Part shown: positions 53,986 through 64,000 of the stretch, one piece after another
Position numbering within the stretch: the first letter of the stretch is position 1
How the letters are laid out: each line of letters begins with the position of its first letter
IMG/VR virus record: IMGVR_UViG_3300041586_000126
Location: 1-64,000 of that record
Origin: a virus
Length of the DNA stretch: 64,000 bases
Reading direction: 5' to 3' (one strand)
The notes under the pieces: model-generated
What the model was told of the DNA's origin: nothing
The model's input: the letters and a program-made list of their open reading frames with translations, nothing else
Database searches by the model: none
Program-made: the position numbers and the translations under genes

Positions 53986-56900
53986 TGGAAGAATTAAATA
54001 GTATAACAATCAATCCTGTAGATCCTACTACATTTGAATATCAAGAATATTTAGATAGGGATATTAATTTAATATCTTCTTCAAGGTTAGATACTACATT
54101 CACCCCTACTACTGATTACATAGAGTATTATGTATATGATAATTCGGAGCAATTAATATTTCCTAATCCCAATTCTACTTTAGAAATTTATGACCAAAGA
54201 GATTACAATGTATTAAATGGGGATGTTATTTTATCCCCTGATGGTAACTTAGAAGATTTAGGTTTTGATGAAGGTACTTTTTATTCCACATATAATTTTT
54301 ATAGAAAACAATTAGAATCAGACCAGTTTATTAGGTATTATATCTGTGAAATTAGTAGTGATAGGACTGAAATTAGATTAAAAAGTGCGACTATACCTAA
54401 TGATTTACTTATAAGTTCCTCAAATTCTTTCATAAGATATAGAGATGAAGCTGATTATTTTGTAGATTTTTTACTTAACTTTGGGGGTGACCAACAAGTA
54501 ATAGCTAATAACTTAAAATTAGATACAGTAACTGAAGTTGATCCTTCTTTATTAGTTAAGTTATATGAACCTTTACCTGCTAATTTTAACTTAAAAGATA
54601 CTTTATGGGTAGTTGAGGAAATTTCTTCCCCTCAAGCCTATAGTGTAACCTTCCCACCTATAATTTTTGCTCCTAACGATTCTCAAATTATTAAGGGTCC
54701 AAATTATAGTATATCAATAACTCAACAAACAGGTGAATCCTCACAGTTATTTAACTATGATACCCTACTAAGTTCAAACGTAACTAGCTCTTCTGATCAA
54801 CTTAAAAATCTCCTAAGTAGAAAAGAAATAAGTATAAACGTAGATTATAAAAATTATAATAACTTTATTAAATTTAGTTCGGCACAAACCCGTTTAGAAA
54901 ATTTCTATTATAAAGTAGGATTAATACAATCTACTACGGGTCAGATAGATTCTTTACCCTTAAATGATGCTTTTTACAGTGCTAGTAAAGCCGAGTTATC
55001 AACTAATATTGAAAAAATAATCACAAGTTTTGATGGTTATGAGTATTTTTTATATTACGATAGTGGGTCTGCATCATCATATCCTAAATCTACTACAACC
55101 CCTCCTTATATACTAATGCCTTCAGACAGTGTTATAGTAAAAACATGGTTAGGTAGTGCCGACCCCGAAAATTCTTTTTATGGAGGGCAAGCTTTAATCG
55201 CATCAGAGTATGATAATAATAATCAAGATTATTTATACAACACAATACCCGAATATTTAAGGTCTGACCCAAATAACGAAAAATATGAATTATTCGTGGA
55301 TATGGTGGCTCAACAGTACGATAACACATGGTTATATACTAAGAATATTACCACAAGATTTGACGCGGATAACCGTTTAGATTATGGTATTTCCAAGGAT
55401 TTAGTAGCGGATGCTATTAGGGATTTTGGTGTAAAGCTATATTCAAATAATTTTAATACTAATGACTTATATACTGCATTTTTAGGATTAACCCCTTCAG
55501 GTAGTGATTTCCCATTCCCCTATATGACGGGTTCAATAGATGGTGAAGTTAATACACCTACTGGGTATGAGTACATAGATACTCAAATATCAGCATCCAA
55601 TAATATAGTTCCATTGGACGATGTCAATAAGCGATTATATAAACGAATTTACCATAACATACCTTTACTACTTAAGAAAAAAGGCACAATAGCAGGAATA
55701 AGAGCTTTAATAACTGCATATGGTATTCCTAGCACTATTCTAAGAATAAACGAATTTGGTGGGAAGGATAGAAATGATTTTCAAGACTGGGATTATAGTC
55801 AAGATGTTTTTAATTACGCTTTTTATTCCGATGGGGTAAATAGTACTATGACTTCTTCATTTGAATTAAATAATGGTTTTACACAAACTAGACCTAAAAC
55901 TTTACAATTTAGATTTAAGACACCTGGGATACCTGAAGATTCAAATCCGATACGTCAAAACTTATGGGTTGGAGATAGTAATACATCCTTTATTACATTA
56001 GATTATAATGAATTAGGGATGACTACTTCAAGTTATAGTGGGTCGACTACCTCCGTATTAAATGCTTATGGAACTTTAACATTTTTTCCTGACGGTAATA
56101 ATGGATTAAATAAAACAGCGAGTATTGATTTACCCTTCTTTGATGGGGGATGGTGGTCAGTAATGGCAACAATAGACTATACAAATCATGAAATTCCTGC
56201 TTATTTATACTCTGCTAACAGAATTGGAGATCAAATTGGTCATTCTGCTGTAAGTAATGTGACCCATAACTGGCAGTATTTTAATTTGATAAATACTTCA
56301 AGTTTTCCATACCCTCATAATATGTCTGTAAATGGGGATGAAATAACTCCTTTTGTAGGTTCATATCAAGAAATAAGATATTGGAATACTCCTTTAAGTG
56401 AAAGTTTATTTTATGATTATGTAGTTAATCCCTATTCAACACAAGGTAATACCATTAATATTACCCCTAATGATCTAGCTTTTAGAGCAGACTTAGGAAC
56501 ACAGCTAATAACCTCAAGTAGAAAATCCATACATCCCAAAGTAACGGGGTCTTGGGAGATAACGGAATCATTTGCCTCTGGAGACAGTATGTTTTATGTA
56601 TCAGGTTCATTTGTAGAAAACAAAGAAACCATATTTTTAAATCAAGTACCTGGAGGTATTAAAAATAGGATAAATGATCAAATACGTATAGCTCAAGAAG
56701 CAACCCCTTCTGGCTCTACATTATCCCCTTATAGGTCAATTCAACAGGATAGTTACCCAAATGGGAGTAATCCAAGTATTAATTATCTAGAGGTAGCATT
56801 TTCACCTACAGATCAGGTTAATGATGATATTATAGCTCAAATTGGTGCTTTTAACCTAGGGGATTATATAGGTGACCCAAGACAAATAACTGAATCTGGT

Positions 56901-59165
56901 ACTTCTTATCCTGCTTTGGATGCCTTAAGAGATGAATATTTTACAAAATATATTAGCAGCTATAATATAAATGATTTTATTAGATTAATTTCATTTTTTG
57001 ATAATTCTCTATTTAAAATGATAGAGGATTTTACACCTGCTAGAACAACTTTATCTTCGGGGGTAGTAGTAAAACAAAATTTATTAGAAAGAAATAGACA
57101 AGCTCCTCCTATAGTATCATACACAACCCCTGAATACTCTGGGAGTGTTAAGTCATTCCCCAGAAATTACCAAGTTCCTGATTCTGATACTTCATTTCCA
57201 TCATATGGTAATACTAGTGGTTCTGCTATATATAAATTTAGTGGGGGAACCGGTGGAACCTTTGAACCATTTAACAACTTATTCTCAGCCCCGGCTAGCA
57301 CTAGTGGTTTAACCGAAACAGAAATTTCGTCCTCTAAATTTTTTGCCCAATATCCTGAGTTTGTACAGCAGTGGAGCGAATCTATAACACCTTCTTTAGG
57401 GATAACTCCTCCATATAATCAAGCTCACCCCGAATTAAATCAACAACCCCCTATAAATTATCCTAGAATTGATCAAAGAGAATTTTATAATGGAGAATTC
57501 GGAAATTCTATACAAGTAAAAGCAAATGAAATCTGTAAAGCATTTTTTGGGCAAGATTCTATTATAGATTATTTCTTTAGAATAGCATGGTTTAATAATA
57601 ATAACAAACAAGAACAAGAGTTTTTATCATCTGACTTTTTACCTTCTCCAGGAAATGTTTGGTTTTGGGCAGATACAGTTAATCAAGATGGTGAACTCAC
57701 ACAGAATTACCCACTTAATATAACACAAAATTTCCAAACATCGTCCTATGGAGCCAATTCTACTTTTTTTACAAATGCCTCTACTACTAGTGGTAATGGG
57801 AGTGGTGCTTCATTTTCCATTACAACAACAACAGACCCTGCAGCACTTTCCTGGTTAAAAGTAGTATCAACAAATCCAGGTAGTGGTTATAAAAAGAACG
57901 ATATCGTAACAATATCACAATCAACATTAATAGGCTTAGGTTTTCAATCAGCTACACAAGATTTAATTATAACTTTACTTACTCAGGATGTAGCAAATAA
58001 AGTAACTAATAAAGTATCATATATTAAAATGTCTAATGTTGATGATAATGGGGTAAAAATACTACCTTTTATTATTGATAGTAATTATGCAATATTTAAA
58101 CTAACGAGTGCCTCAGATTGGAGAAATGTTATAATTGAAGGATTTCAAACTTACTATATATCAAACACACTACAACAATCAGGTTCAACCTTAATAGTAA
58201 CTAGTGAGTTAGAAGGTTCAGAGGCGGTTAATTCTTTTGATACTAGTTTTTATGATTTAACCTTTAGTGCTAGTGGGGTATTTAGTTATTCTGCTACCTC
58301 TTCGGGGGAAGATCCTAATGTTATACCTTCTTCAGGAATTACAGAATCTATATCTCAAGGTTATTTCCCACCTATACCCTCATTTCCAACAGAATCATTC
58401 TTTAGAGGGTGGTCACAGGCTGATTATTTCCAAACATCTGCTACAGGGGATGTTTACCGAGTATCTTCAGGTAGTGGATTCAACACTGATACTTTTGGTA
58501 ATTTTAATACAGGTTCAACTGAATTTGATGGCGATGATACCAACACTGTAAGTAATATCCCATGGTTTATGAATGCCAAAGCTTCAACATACCATGCTTT
58601 AAGTGCTTCTTCTACAATAACAAACTCCCAAAGAATTGATAAATTATATCTATATGAAGGAGATATTACGGCATCATCCGTTCCAATAGGTCCAGCCTAT
58701 AACATATATACACCACCACCACCTGTAACAATTGACATCCAAATTGAAATGGTAACCCCAGTTAGTCCTATATTAACTACTACTTGTGTAAGTGGGTGGT
58801 CTATGCCTCCTGATAACTCCAACCTTGACGCTTCAATGAATATAAATGTAAACGGAGATCCTAACATACAATATTATATGGTATTTAAAAATTTAAATGA
58901 TGTTATAATCTCCCAACCTAGTTGGATTACGATTGTAGGTGATGGTAGTCCTTTAATGATACCGGGTTCTAATAATTTATATAGCGGGAATAGAACACTA
59001 ACTCTTAGGGCCTCACCTGGTGGAAACGTTGTTGTAGATGGACCAACTGAAGTAAGAAGTGTTAAAAGTGTTATAGTAAATAATGATGATCTTAATAATC
59101 AATCTTCTTGTACCTTAACACAAGAAATATATACCGAAGGTTCATCACAAGGGGGAGGACTTTAA
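53985..59165 (+). CDS. Large baseplate/tail protein (1726 aa)
   Basis: ISSDRTEIRL, LLKKKGT..GIR.L...YG, GSGY-type beta domains. Confidence 0.75.
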   Translation: MEELNSITINPVDPTTFEYQEYLDRDINLISSSRLDTTFTPTTDYIEYYVYDNSEQLIFPNPNSTLEIYDQRDYNVLNGDVILSPDGNLEDLGFDEGTFYSTYNFYRKQLESDQFIRYYICEISSDRTEIRLKSATIPNDLLISSSNSFIRYRDEADYFVDFLLNFGGDQQVIANNLKLDTVTEVDPSLLVKLYEPLPANFNLKDTLWVVEEISSPQAYSVTFPPIIFAPNDSQIIKGPNYSISITQQTGESSQLFNYDTLLSSNVTSSSDQLKNLLSRKEISINVDYKNYNNFIKFSSAQTRLENFYYKVGLIQSTTGQIDSLPLNDAFYSASKAELSTNIEKIITSFDGYEYFLYYDSGSASSYPKSTTTPPYILMPSDSVIVKTWLGSADPENSFYGGQALIASEYDNNNQDYLYNTIPEYLRSDPNNEKYELFVDMVAQQYDNTWLYTKNITTRFDADNRLDYGISKDLVADAIRDFGVKLYSNNFNTNDLYTAFLGLTPSGSDFPFPYMTGSIDGEVNTPTGYEYIDTQISASNNIVPLDDVNKRLYKRIYHNIPLLLKKKGTIAGIRALITAYGIPSTILRINEFGGKDRNDFQDWDYSQDVFNYAFYSDGVNSTMTSSFELNNGFTQTRPKTLQFRFKTPGIPEDSNPIRQNLWVGDSNTSFITLDYNELGMTTSSYSGSTTSVLNAYGTLTFFPDGNNGLNKTASIDLPFFDGGWWSVMATIDYTNHEIPAYLYSANRIGDQIGHSAVSNVTHNWQYFNLINTSSFPYPHNMSVNGDEITPFVGSYQEIRYWNTPLSESLFYDYVVNPYSTQGNTINITPNDLAFRADLGTQLITSSRKSIHPKVTGSWEITESFASGDSMFYVSGSFVENKETIFLNQVPGGIKNRINDQIRIAQEATPSGSTLSPYRSIQQDSYPNGSNPSINYLEVAFSPTDQVNDDIIAQIGAFNLGDYIGDPRQITESGTSYPALDALRDEYFTKYISSYNINDFIRLISFFDNSLFKMIEDFTPARTTLSSGVVVKQNLLERNRQAPPIVSYTTPEYSGSVKSFPRNYQVPDSDTSFPSYGNTSGSAIYKFSGGTGGTFEPFNNLFSAPASTSGLTETEISSSKFFAQYPEFVQQWSESITPSLGITPPYNQAHPELNQQPPINYPRIDQREFYNGEFGNSIQVKANEICKAFFGQDSIIDYFFRIAWFNNNNKQEQEFLSSDFLPSPGNVWFWADTVNQDGELTQNYPLNITQNFQTSSYGANSTFFTNASTTSGNGSGASFSITTTTDPAALSWLKVVSTNPGSGYKKNDIVTISQSTLIGLGFQSATQDLIITLLTQDVANKVTNKVSYIKMSNVDDNGVKILPFIIDSNYAIFKLTSASDWRNVIIEGFQTYYISNTLQQSGSTLIVTSELEGSEAVNSFDTSFYDLTFSASGVFSYSATSSGEDPNVIPSSGITESISQGYFPPIPSFPTESFFRGWSQADYFQTSATGDVYRVSSGSGFNTDTFGNFNTGSTEFDGDDTNTVSNIPWFMNAKASTYHALSASSTITNSQRIDKLYLYEGDITASSVPIGPAYNIYTPPPPVTIDIQIEMVTPVSPILTTTCVSGWSMPPDNSNLDASMNINVNGDPNIQYYMVFKNLNDVIISQPSWITIVGDGSPLMIPGSNNLYSGNRTLTLRASPGGNVVVDGPTEVRSVKSVIVNNDDLNNQSSCTLTQEIYTEGSSQGGGL

Positions 59166-59220
59166 TGTAGTCCATAATATTAAAAAAATAGTTTCAAAAT
59201 ATTTATAACAAAACAACGAA

Positions 59221-62200
59221 ATGCCAACACAAACCCCAGACATACAATATTACTTTAAGGAAACAACTAATCAAATATTAGTGTCAGGTTCTTCTCCAAT
59301 AAATACCCAATTAGAGTCTATTAAAGATCCCACAACAGTATTTGATCAAAATTATACTGCTAAAATATCGTCATTAGGGGCTAATATGTCTTATGTAGTC
59401 CAAAATGGTGTTGAGTTTACTAATTTAATATTAAACAACAACTTAACATACCCCTCACAAACAACAACCTCCACCACTACTGTTACTCTACCAAAAAATG
59501 GTAGCAAAAAGGGTATTAATGGTGAATTTCAAATAAGTTCTGCAGGAACTAATATTAATGAAATTATAGTTGTAAATACGGGTTTGGGGTACCAAGTAGG
59601 GGAAACAATTACATTCACTCAGTCAGAATTACTATCAGAGGGTTTTACAGGTATTTCCGGGGATATAATTATCACTCTAAGTGGAAACAACATAGTAGAA
59701 TCATCTACAATTATCCCACTTGAAAGTGACCAAGAACTATGGGTATATAGGGGATATAATACATCTAGTGGGGACGGTAATACTTATAGATATAACCCTC
59801 ACCTACATAGACCCTATAAAGCCTATATAGTAACAGAAACAGGATCAGGAATCCCTACATCTGCTTTTATACCAGTAGGTGGTCCCATAAGAAATACTAG
59901 TATAAATAGTAATGTAGACATACCTAGTTTTTTTCTAGAGGGAACACTAGCTTCATTAGGTAATGGGGTTTTAAATGGCACACCCCAAATTAATATTGCA
60001 GTAAGTGGATCATTTCAAGTATTCCATGAACAGATGTCAGTTTACCCTTGGGTTTTTACACAATACACCTCCTTACCTTCTCCCCCAACCCTAGGAGCAC
60101 AATGGCGTCTATATCTAGAAAATGCCGAAGTATCTTCATCCAATTATGAATTTAATACTACAACAACCCAAGCTCCTGGGAATTCTAAAATATCTTATAA
60201 CAGTTCAACTATAGCTTCCATAACTGAAGTTAAAGTAGGTCCTGAAACTGCATTGTATAATACTTTAATAACACTATCAAATTCAGTAACAACCTACGGT
60301 AAAGAACCTGGGATGATAAAAATACAACAAACCTCAGAAAATACAAATTTTATATTATTTGAAATAGATGCTGTAGTAGCAACATCATCTTCACCACTTA
60401 CTGTTGATTTTTATGTAGAATTAACTGTAAGTAATGCTATTATAGGTTCGGGGTATACTAGCTTAAATAACGACGAACCCTTAGAAATAACACTCTCTGA
60501 ATTTAGCGAACTTAAAAATAACCTCTTTCAACAACAAACTAGTGGTGTTAATTTTTCACCTCAAGTATATCAAAATAATACATTAATAAATGGTATTTAT
60601 ACTTATACAAGTAGTATAGTACCTCCCTTTGGAACTAATACTAATGGTAATAATGCAATAGGGACTACCCAATTTGGTTTATGTACTGCTTTAAATTATT
60701 TTGTAACATATAAGGCATCCCATAACCTCCAATTAGGTAACCCTCCCATAGACATATTGTTTTCTGCGAGTAATGCTACTATAACTCCAACCACCTTTAC
60801 TTTGGATAGTGGATATGGAGCACAATTTAATGCTTTAGCCGGTTCTCCATCTGCAGCAGGTTTTGATATAGAACCTGATGGTACTTATTCTTCCCCTACT
60901 TTAAATATAGAAATAATAAATACAAATGTAATAACTAATTTTTTACCACCTAACTTATTTTCAACAAGGTGGAAAGATACTTACATATCATACTCAGAAT
61001 CAATATCATCTAGTTTAGATGGTTTATATATATTTAATCAGTTACCACAGAATGATGTGGAGGTAACCGCCTCTATGTTTTTAACATCATGGACTGATAG
61101 CGATACTTCGGGTGCACAATACGCGGCAGCTATATATGGCACAAACTCATATGGGGAGGGTGATGCTGGCGGTGGTCCAACTTGGCCTACGGCATCAATT
61201 CGAATATATACAGGCAGTTATCCTAATTCTATCCCCTCAATAGGGGATGCATTTGCAGTCGAGGAAGTATTTCAAAATTCTGATATCCATGTTAATGGTT
61301 TAGCTATAACCATGAGTTATCTAATCCCTTCTCAATCAATTAATATTAGAGATTGTTTATCTTTAGCATTACAAGTGTCATCGGGTTCTGCAAACCCCTC
61401 TTCAGTAGAAAATTCTTTAGTAGTGCAAAACTACCAATTAGAATTTAACGTACAAGCCAGCCCTCTAGAAGGTGATGGTTTAGTTCCTACGTTTATAGAA
61501 AATGCTTTTGAGGGGACAAATGGATTTAGTAAAGCTTTGGATTGTCAGCCTTTTTTAAATAATGTTAATGAGGAACGCGAAAATAAAGATATACAAATAG
61601 TTAATTATTCAACAGGTATATACAAACCTTCAAATTTTGAATTAATAATAAGTGGGTCGGCACGAAAATCCACAGTACCTCTTTCAAACTACACACAGTT
61701 AGCTTCTATAAATAATAAATATGTAGGTAGTAGATCAACAGCCCAGGATTTTAATGTAGCTGTTGAACAAGATTCAACGGAATATACATATGGAAATGTA
61801 CCTGTAGTGGATTATCAAAATGCATTTTTTGCATATTGTGAGCAAATTACAGACCCTTACCCTGTAATAAATGATAAGATACAATTTAACATTAAGTATT
61901 TAATTAATGCTGGTGGTGATGTTAACAACCCTAACCTATCACCTTACACTGCTTTTGATATTGAGGGTACTTGGGTAGAGACGACAGACCCATTATCAAA
62001 ACAATATGGTAAAGTAGGTATGAATCAACAAGGAGGAGTTACCTCATATAATATATTAAATGGTGAACAAGAAATAGAAAAGGTAGCAAAACAATTAGTT
62101 CCTGTTTTATATTCTCAAACATCATCTAATGGTTATCAAAGTTTTATTCCTATAAAGGGAACAACTATCCCTGAATATAAACCCGCATTTACAAACTATG

Positions 62201-63783
62201 CAATGACTTTTAGGGGACCATTAAATAATTCATCTTCATTTAATTCTAAAGCCATAACATTGGATAATTTTATGGGTTCTAGTAATAATGCTGCATCCAA
62301 TTTAACAAGCGGAATAATATACGATCCTAATTTTACTTCTAGTATTTCATCATCTATAGTGTCTTCATCTGTGAGCTATGCATCACTAGGTGAAGTATAC
62401 TTCTCTGCAGACTCCGATAGTGATTATAATGTACCGGATTTATCTGCTCCGTATACCATAGAATTAACAACTACCTTCCCTACAACTCCCCCACAACAAT
62501 ATAGGACATCAACAGGAAATATATTTAGTCGTAGTAGTTTTAATGGGGGGAAAGTAGGTGAATTTAGTATATCAATGGAAAAAAATAGTGGTAGCTCATT
62601 TGTAGCAATACCAATACAACAAATCTCCCCTCCAACTTTAACTTTACATTATACTGGAGGTAATACATTGACACTCGATTTATTTACAATATACGGAAGT
62701 AGTAATGTTGGACTTATAAATAACAATAAAACATATAGAATTAACATGATGGCTAATCTTACTAGAGATGCTGCTACTCAATTAGGTCAGGATGCTTATG
62801 GAGCAATATATGCAACTTTAAACTTAGGTATAAAAAATGCAGATAGTGAAGTTATTCAATCCGAAACCCGATACAGATTTAAGGTTCAACAAAGCTACTT
62901 AGTGGAATCTATTGATCCTCCTAGAAATTATTGGAATCCTACAAACCGACCTACATTCCAAGGGGGTGCACAAATTATACCAATACAAAATGGTCCCTTT
63001 GTAGGTTTAACTATCAACCCTAATTTAACAGATCCAGGTCAATCAGAAAGTGCGGGTTCAATGACAGTACCTTTTTGGACATTTCCAACTTCTTCAACTT
63101 CAGAATTCCCTGATTCTTCTTTAAATTCACAAATAGAATTATCTAATTTAACACTAGTTAGTGGTGTTACTCAACCTGTGGGGAATGAATTCTATAATAA
63201 AGGTAATACTCAACAATCCTTAGTGTATAATCCAGGCCCAAGTACAAGATTTCCAGGTGGAGTTGAACCTGCAGATACTACAATGCCTAATTTTAACATA
63301 GAATGGAAAGTAGAAGAAGGAGATCAAATAAGATTTATTAATAGTGAAGATCAGGTGTATAATATTTTATCAGTTATCCCTCCTACTGAAAGATCTAACA
63401 GACAATTACTACTACTACTAGATAGGGAAGTACCTGCTTCTATAGATAAAGATTTCTTTTTATTAAGAAGGTGGATATTTGAACCGTCATCTATAATAAT
63501 AAATAAGGAATTTCCTTATGCTGAACTACCAATTAAAAAAGAGTTTCGACCTAATGTAAATTTAATTACTACAAATACCCCAATAGGTTCCACAGGTAAT
63601 GATGCTACGGGTTCAACTACAACTCAAGAACAATCTGGTAGTATAGTAACAGTATATGCTCCATTATTAAAAAAGAATAATACCCCATCAGGATTTTTAT
63701 TTCCATCATTCCCAATCCCTGAAATAGAACTTACACCTGATAAAGTAATGAGTGCACTAAGAGATAACAAGCTAATAGATTAA
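59221..63783 (+). CDS. Large Ser/Thr-rich structural protein (1520 aa)
   Basis: Late promoter upstream; SGS/TGS-rich, G.GY domain. Confidence 0.7.
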   Translation: MPTQTPDIQYYFKETTNQILVSGSSPINTQLESIKDPTTVFDQNYTAKISSLGANMSYVVQNGVEFTNLILNNNLTYPSQTTTSTTTVTLPKNGSKKGINGEFQISSAGTNINEIIVVNTGLGYQVGETITFTQSELLSEGFTGISGDIIITLSGNNIVESSTIIPLESDQELWVYRGYNTSSGDGNTYRYNPHLHRPYKAYIVTETGSGIPTSAFIPVGGPIRNTSINSNVDIPSFFLEGTLASLGNGVLNGTPQINIAVSGSFQVFHEQMSVYPWVFTQYTSLPSPPTLGAQWRLYLENAEVSSSNYEFNTTTTQAPGNSKISYNSSTIASITEVKVGPETALYNTLITLSNSVTTYGKEPGMIKIQQTSENTNFILFEIDAVVATSSSPLTVDFYVELTVSNAIIGSGYTSLNNDEPLEITLSEFSELKNNLFQQQTSGVNFSPQVYQNNTLINGIYTYTSSIVPPFGTNTNGNNAIGTTQFGLCTALNYFVTYKASHNLQLGNPPIDILFSASNATITPTTFTLDSGYGAQFNALAGSPSAAGFDIEPDGTYSSPTLNIEIINTNVITNFLPPNLFSTRWKDTYISYSESISSSLDGLYIFNQLPQNDVEVTASMFLTSWTDSDTSGAQYAAAIYGTNSYGEGDAGGGPTWPTASIRIYTGSYPNSIPSIGDAFAVEEVFQNSDIHVNGLAITMSYLIPSQSINIRDCLSLALQVSSGSANPSSVENSLVVQNYQLEFNVQASPLEGDGLVPTFIENAFEGTNGFSKALDCQPFLNNVNEERENKDIQIVNYSTGIYKPSNFELIISGSARKSTVPLSNYTQLASINNKYVGSRSTAQDFNVAVEQDSTEYTYGNVPVVDYQNAFFAYCEQITDPYPVINDKIQFNIKYLINAGGDVNNPNLSPYTAFDIEGTWVETTDPLSKQYGKVGMNQQGGVTSYNILNGEQEIEKVAKQLVPVLYSQTSSNGYQSFIPIKGTTIPEYKPAFTNYAMTFRGPLNNSSSFNSKAITLDNFMGSSNNAASNLTSGIIYDPNFTSSISSSIVSSSVSYASLGEVYFSADSDSDYNVPDLSAPYTIELTTTFPTTPPQQYRTSTGNIFSRSSFNGGKVGEFSISMEKNSGSSFVAIPIQQISPPTLTLHYTGGNTLTLDLFTIYGSSNVGLINNNKTYRINMMANLTRDAATQLGQDAYGAIYATLNLGIKNADSEVIQSETRYRFKVQQSYLVESIDPPRNYWNPTNRPTFQGGAQIIPIQNGPFVGLTINPNLTDPGQSESAGSMTVPFWTFPTSSTSEFPDSSLNSQIELSNLTLVSGVTQPVGNEFYNKGNTQQSLVYNPGPSTRFPGGVEPADTTMPNFNIEWKVEEGDQIRFINSEDQVYNILSVIPPTERSNRQLLLLLDREVPASIDKDFFLLRRWIFEPSSIIINKEFPYAELPIKKEFRPNVNLITTNTPIGSTGNDATGSTTTQEQSGSIVTVYAPLLKKNNTPSGFLFPSFPIPEIELTPDKVMSALRDNKLID

Positions 63784-63859
63784 CATATTTATAATATATA
63801 ACAAACATTTAAATCAAAAATATAAAAATTATAAATTTAATTACATAAACTAATAAAAT

Positions 63860-64000
63860 ATGGGTTACCTTAACAATTCAGTAATAACAATAGATGCTAT
63901 TTTAACTACCAAAGGTAGAGAATTACTAGCAGCTAACGATGGTTCATTTCGAATCACACAATTCGCCTTAGCAGATGACGAAATTGACTATACATTATAT
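63860..64000 (+). CDS. Structural protein (partial, N-terminus)
   Basis: MGYLNNSVITIDAILTTKGRELLAANDGSFRITQFALADDEIDYTLY. Confidence 0.75.
   Translation, partial: MGYLNNSVITIDAILTTKGRELLAANDGSFRITQFALADDEIDYTLY

Noticed and set aside
1-64000. Genome-wide stop-codon reassignment
   Set aside because: Long genes are intact under code 11, TAG and TGA end genes normally, no suppressor tRNA is seen, and the PolB TGA also needs a frame change.

Overview
AT-rich segment of a large lytic myovirus (jumbo-phage-like Caudoviricetes), most likely infecting Bacteroidota. The host call rests on Bacteroidetes-type -33/-7 promoters, A-rich translation starts without Shine-Dalgarno motifs, a DUF4494 gene and an Hc1-like gene. 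Layout: 0.2-5.8 kb is an array of ~18 tRNA/tRNA-like genes with a circularly permuted two-piece tmRNA, HNH endonucleases and structured spacers, preceded by a leader-peptide/terminator-antiterminator switch. 5.9-10.8 kb is a 7-deazaguanine/nucleotide-metabolism block (queD, queE, folE, PRTase, MazG-like). 10.9-21.6 kb holds replication and chaperone genes (split family-B DNA polymerase, clamp, clamp loader, GroES/GroEL, PD-(D/E)XK nuclease). 21.9-28.7 kb holds glycosyltransferases and DNA ligase. 29-41 kb is an early/accessory region with an attC-like inverted-repeat array, a non-coding RNA cluster and probable genome-terminus sequences. 41-64 kb holds a late sigma factor and baseplate/tail structural genes. 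Strongest novel signal: the catalytic YxDTDS motif of the DNA polymerase C-terminal gene is interrupted by 5 nt (ACG-TGA-CA-GAC) directly behind a GC-rich stem-loop, which looks like a programmed ribosomal hop (Thr ACG to Thr ACA over a stop codon). All calls are by eye; no database searches were run.
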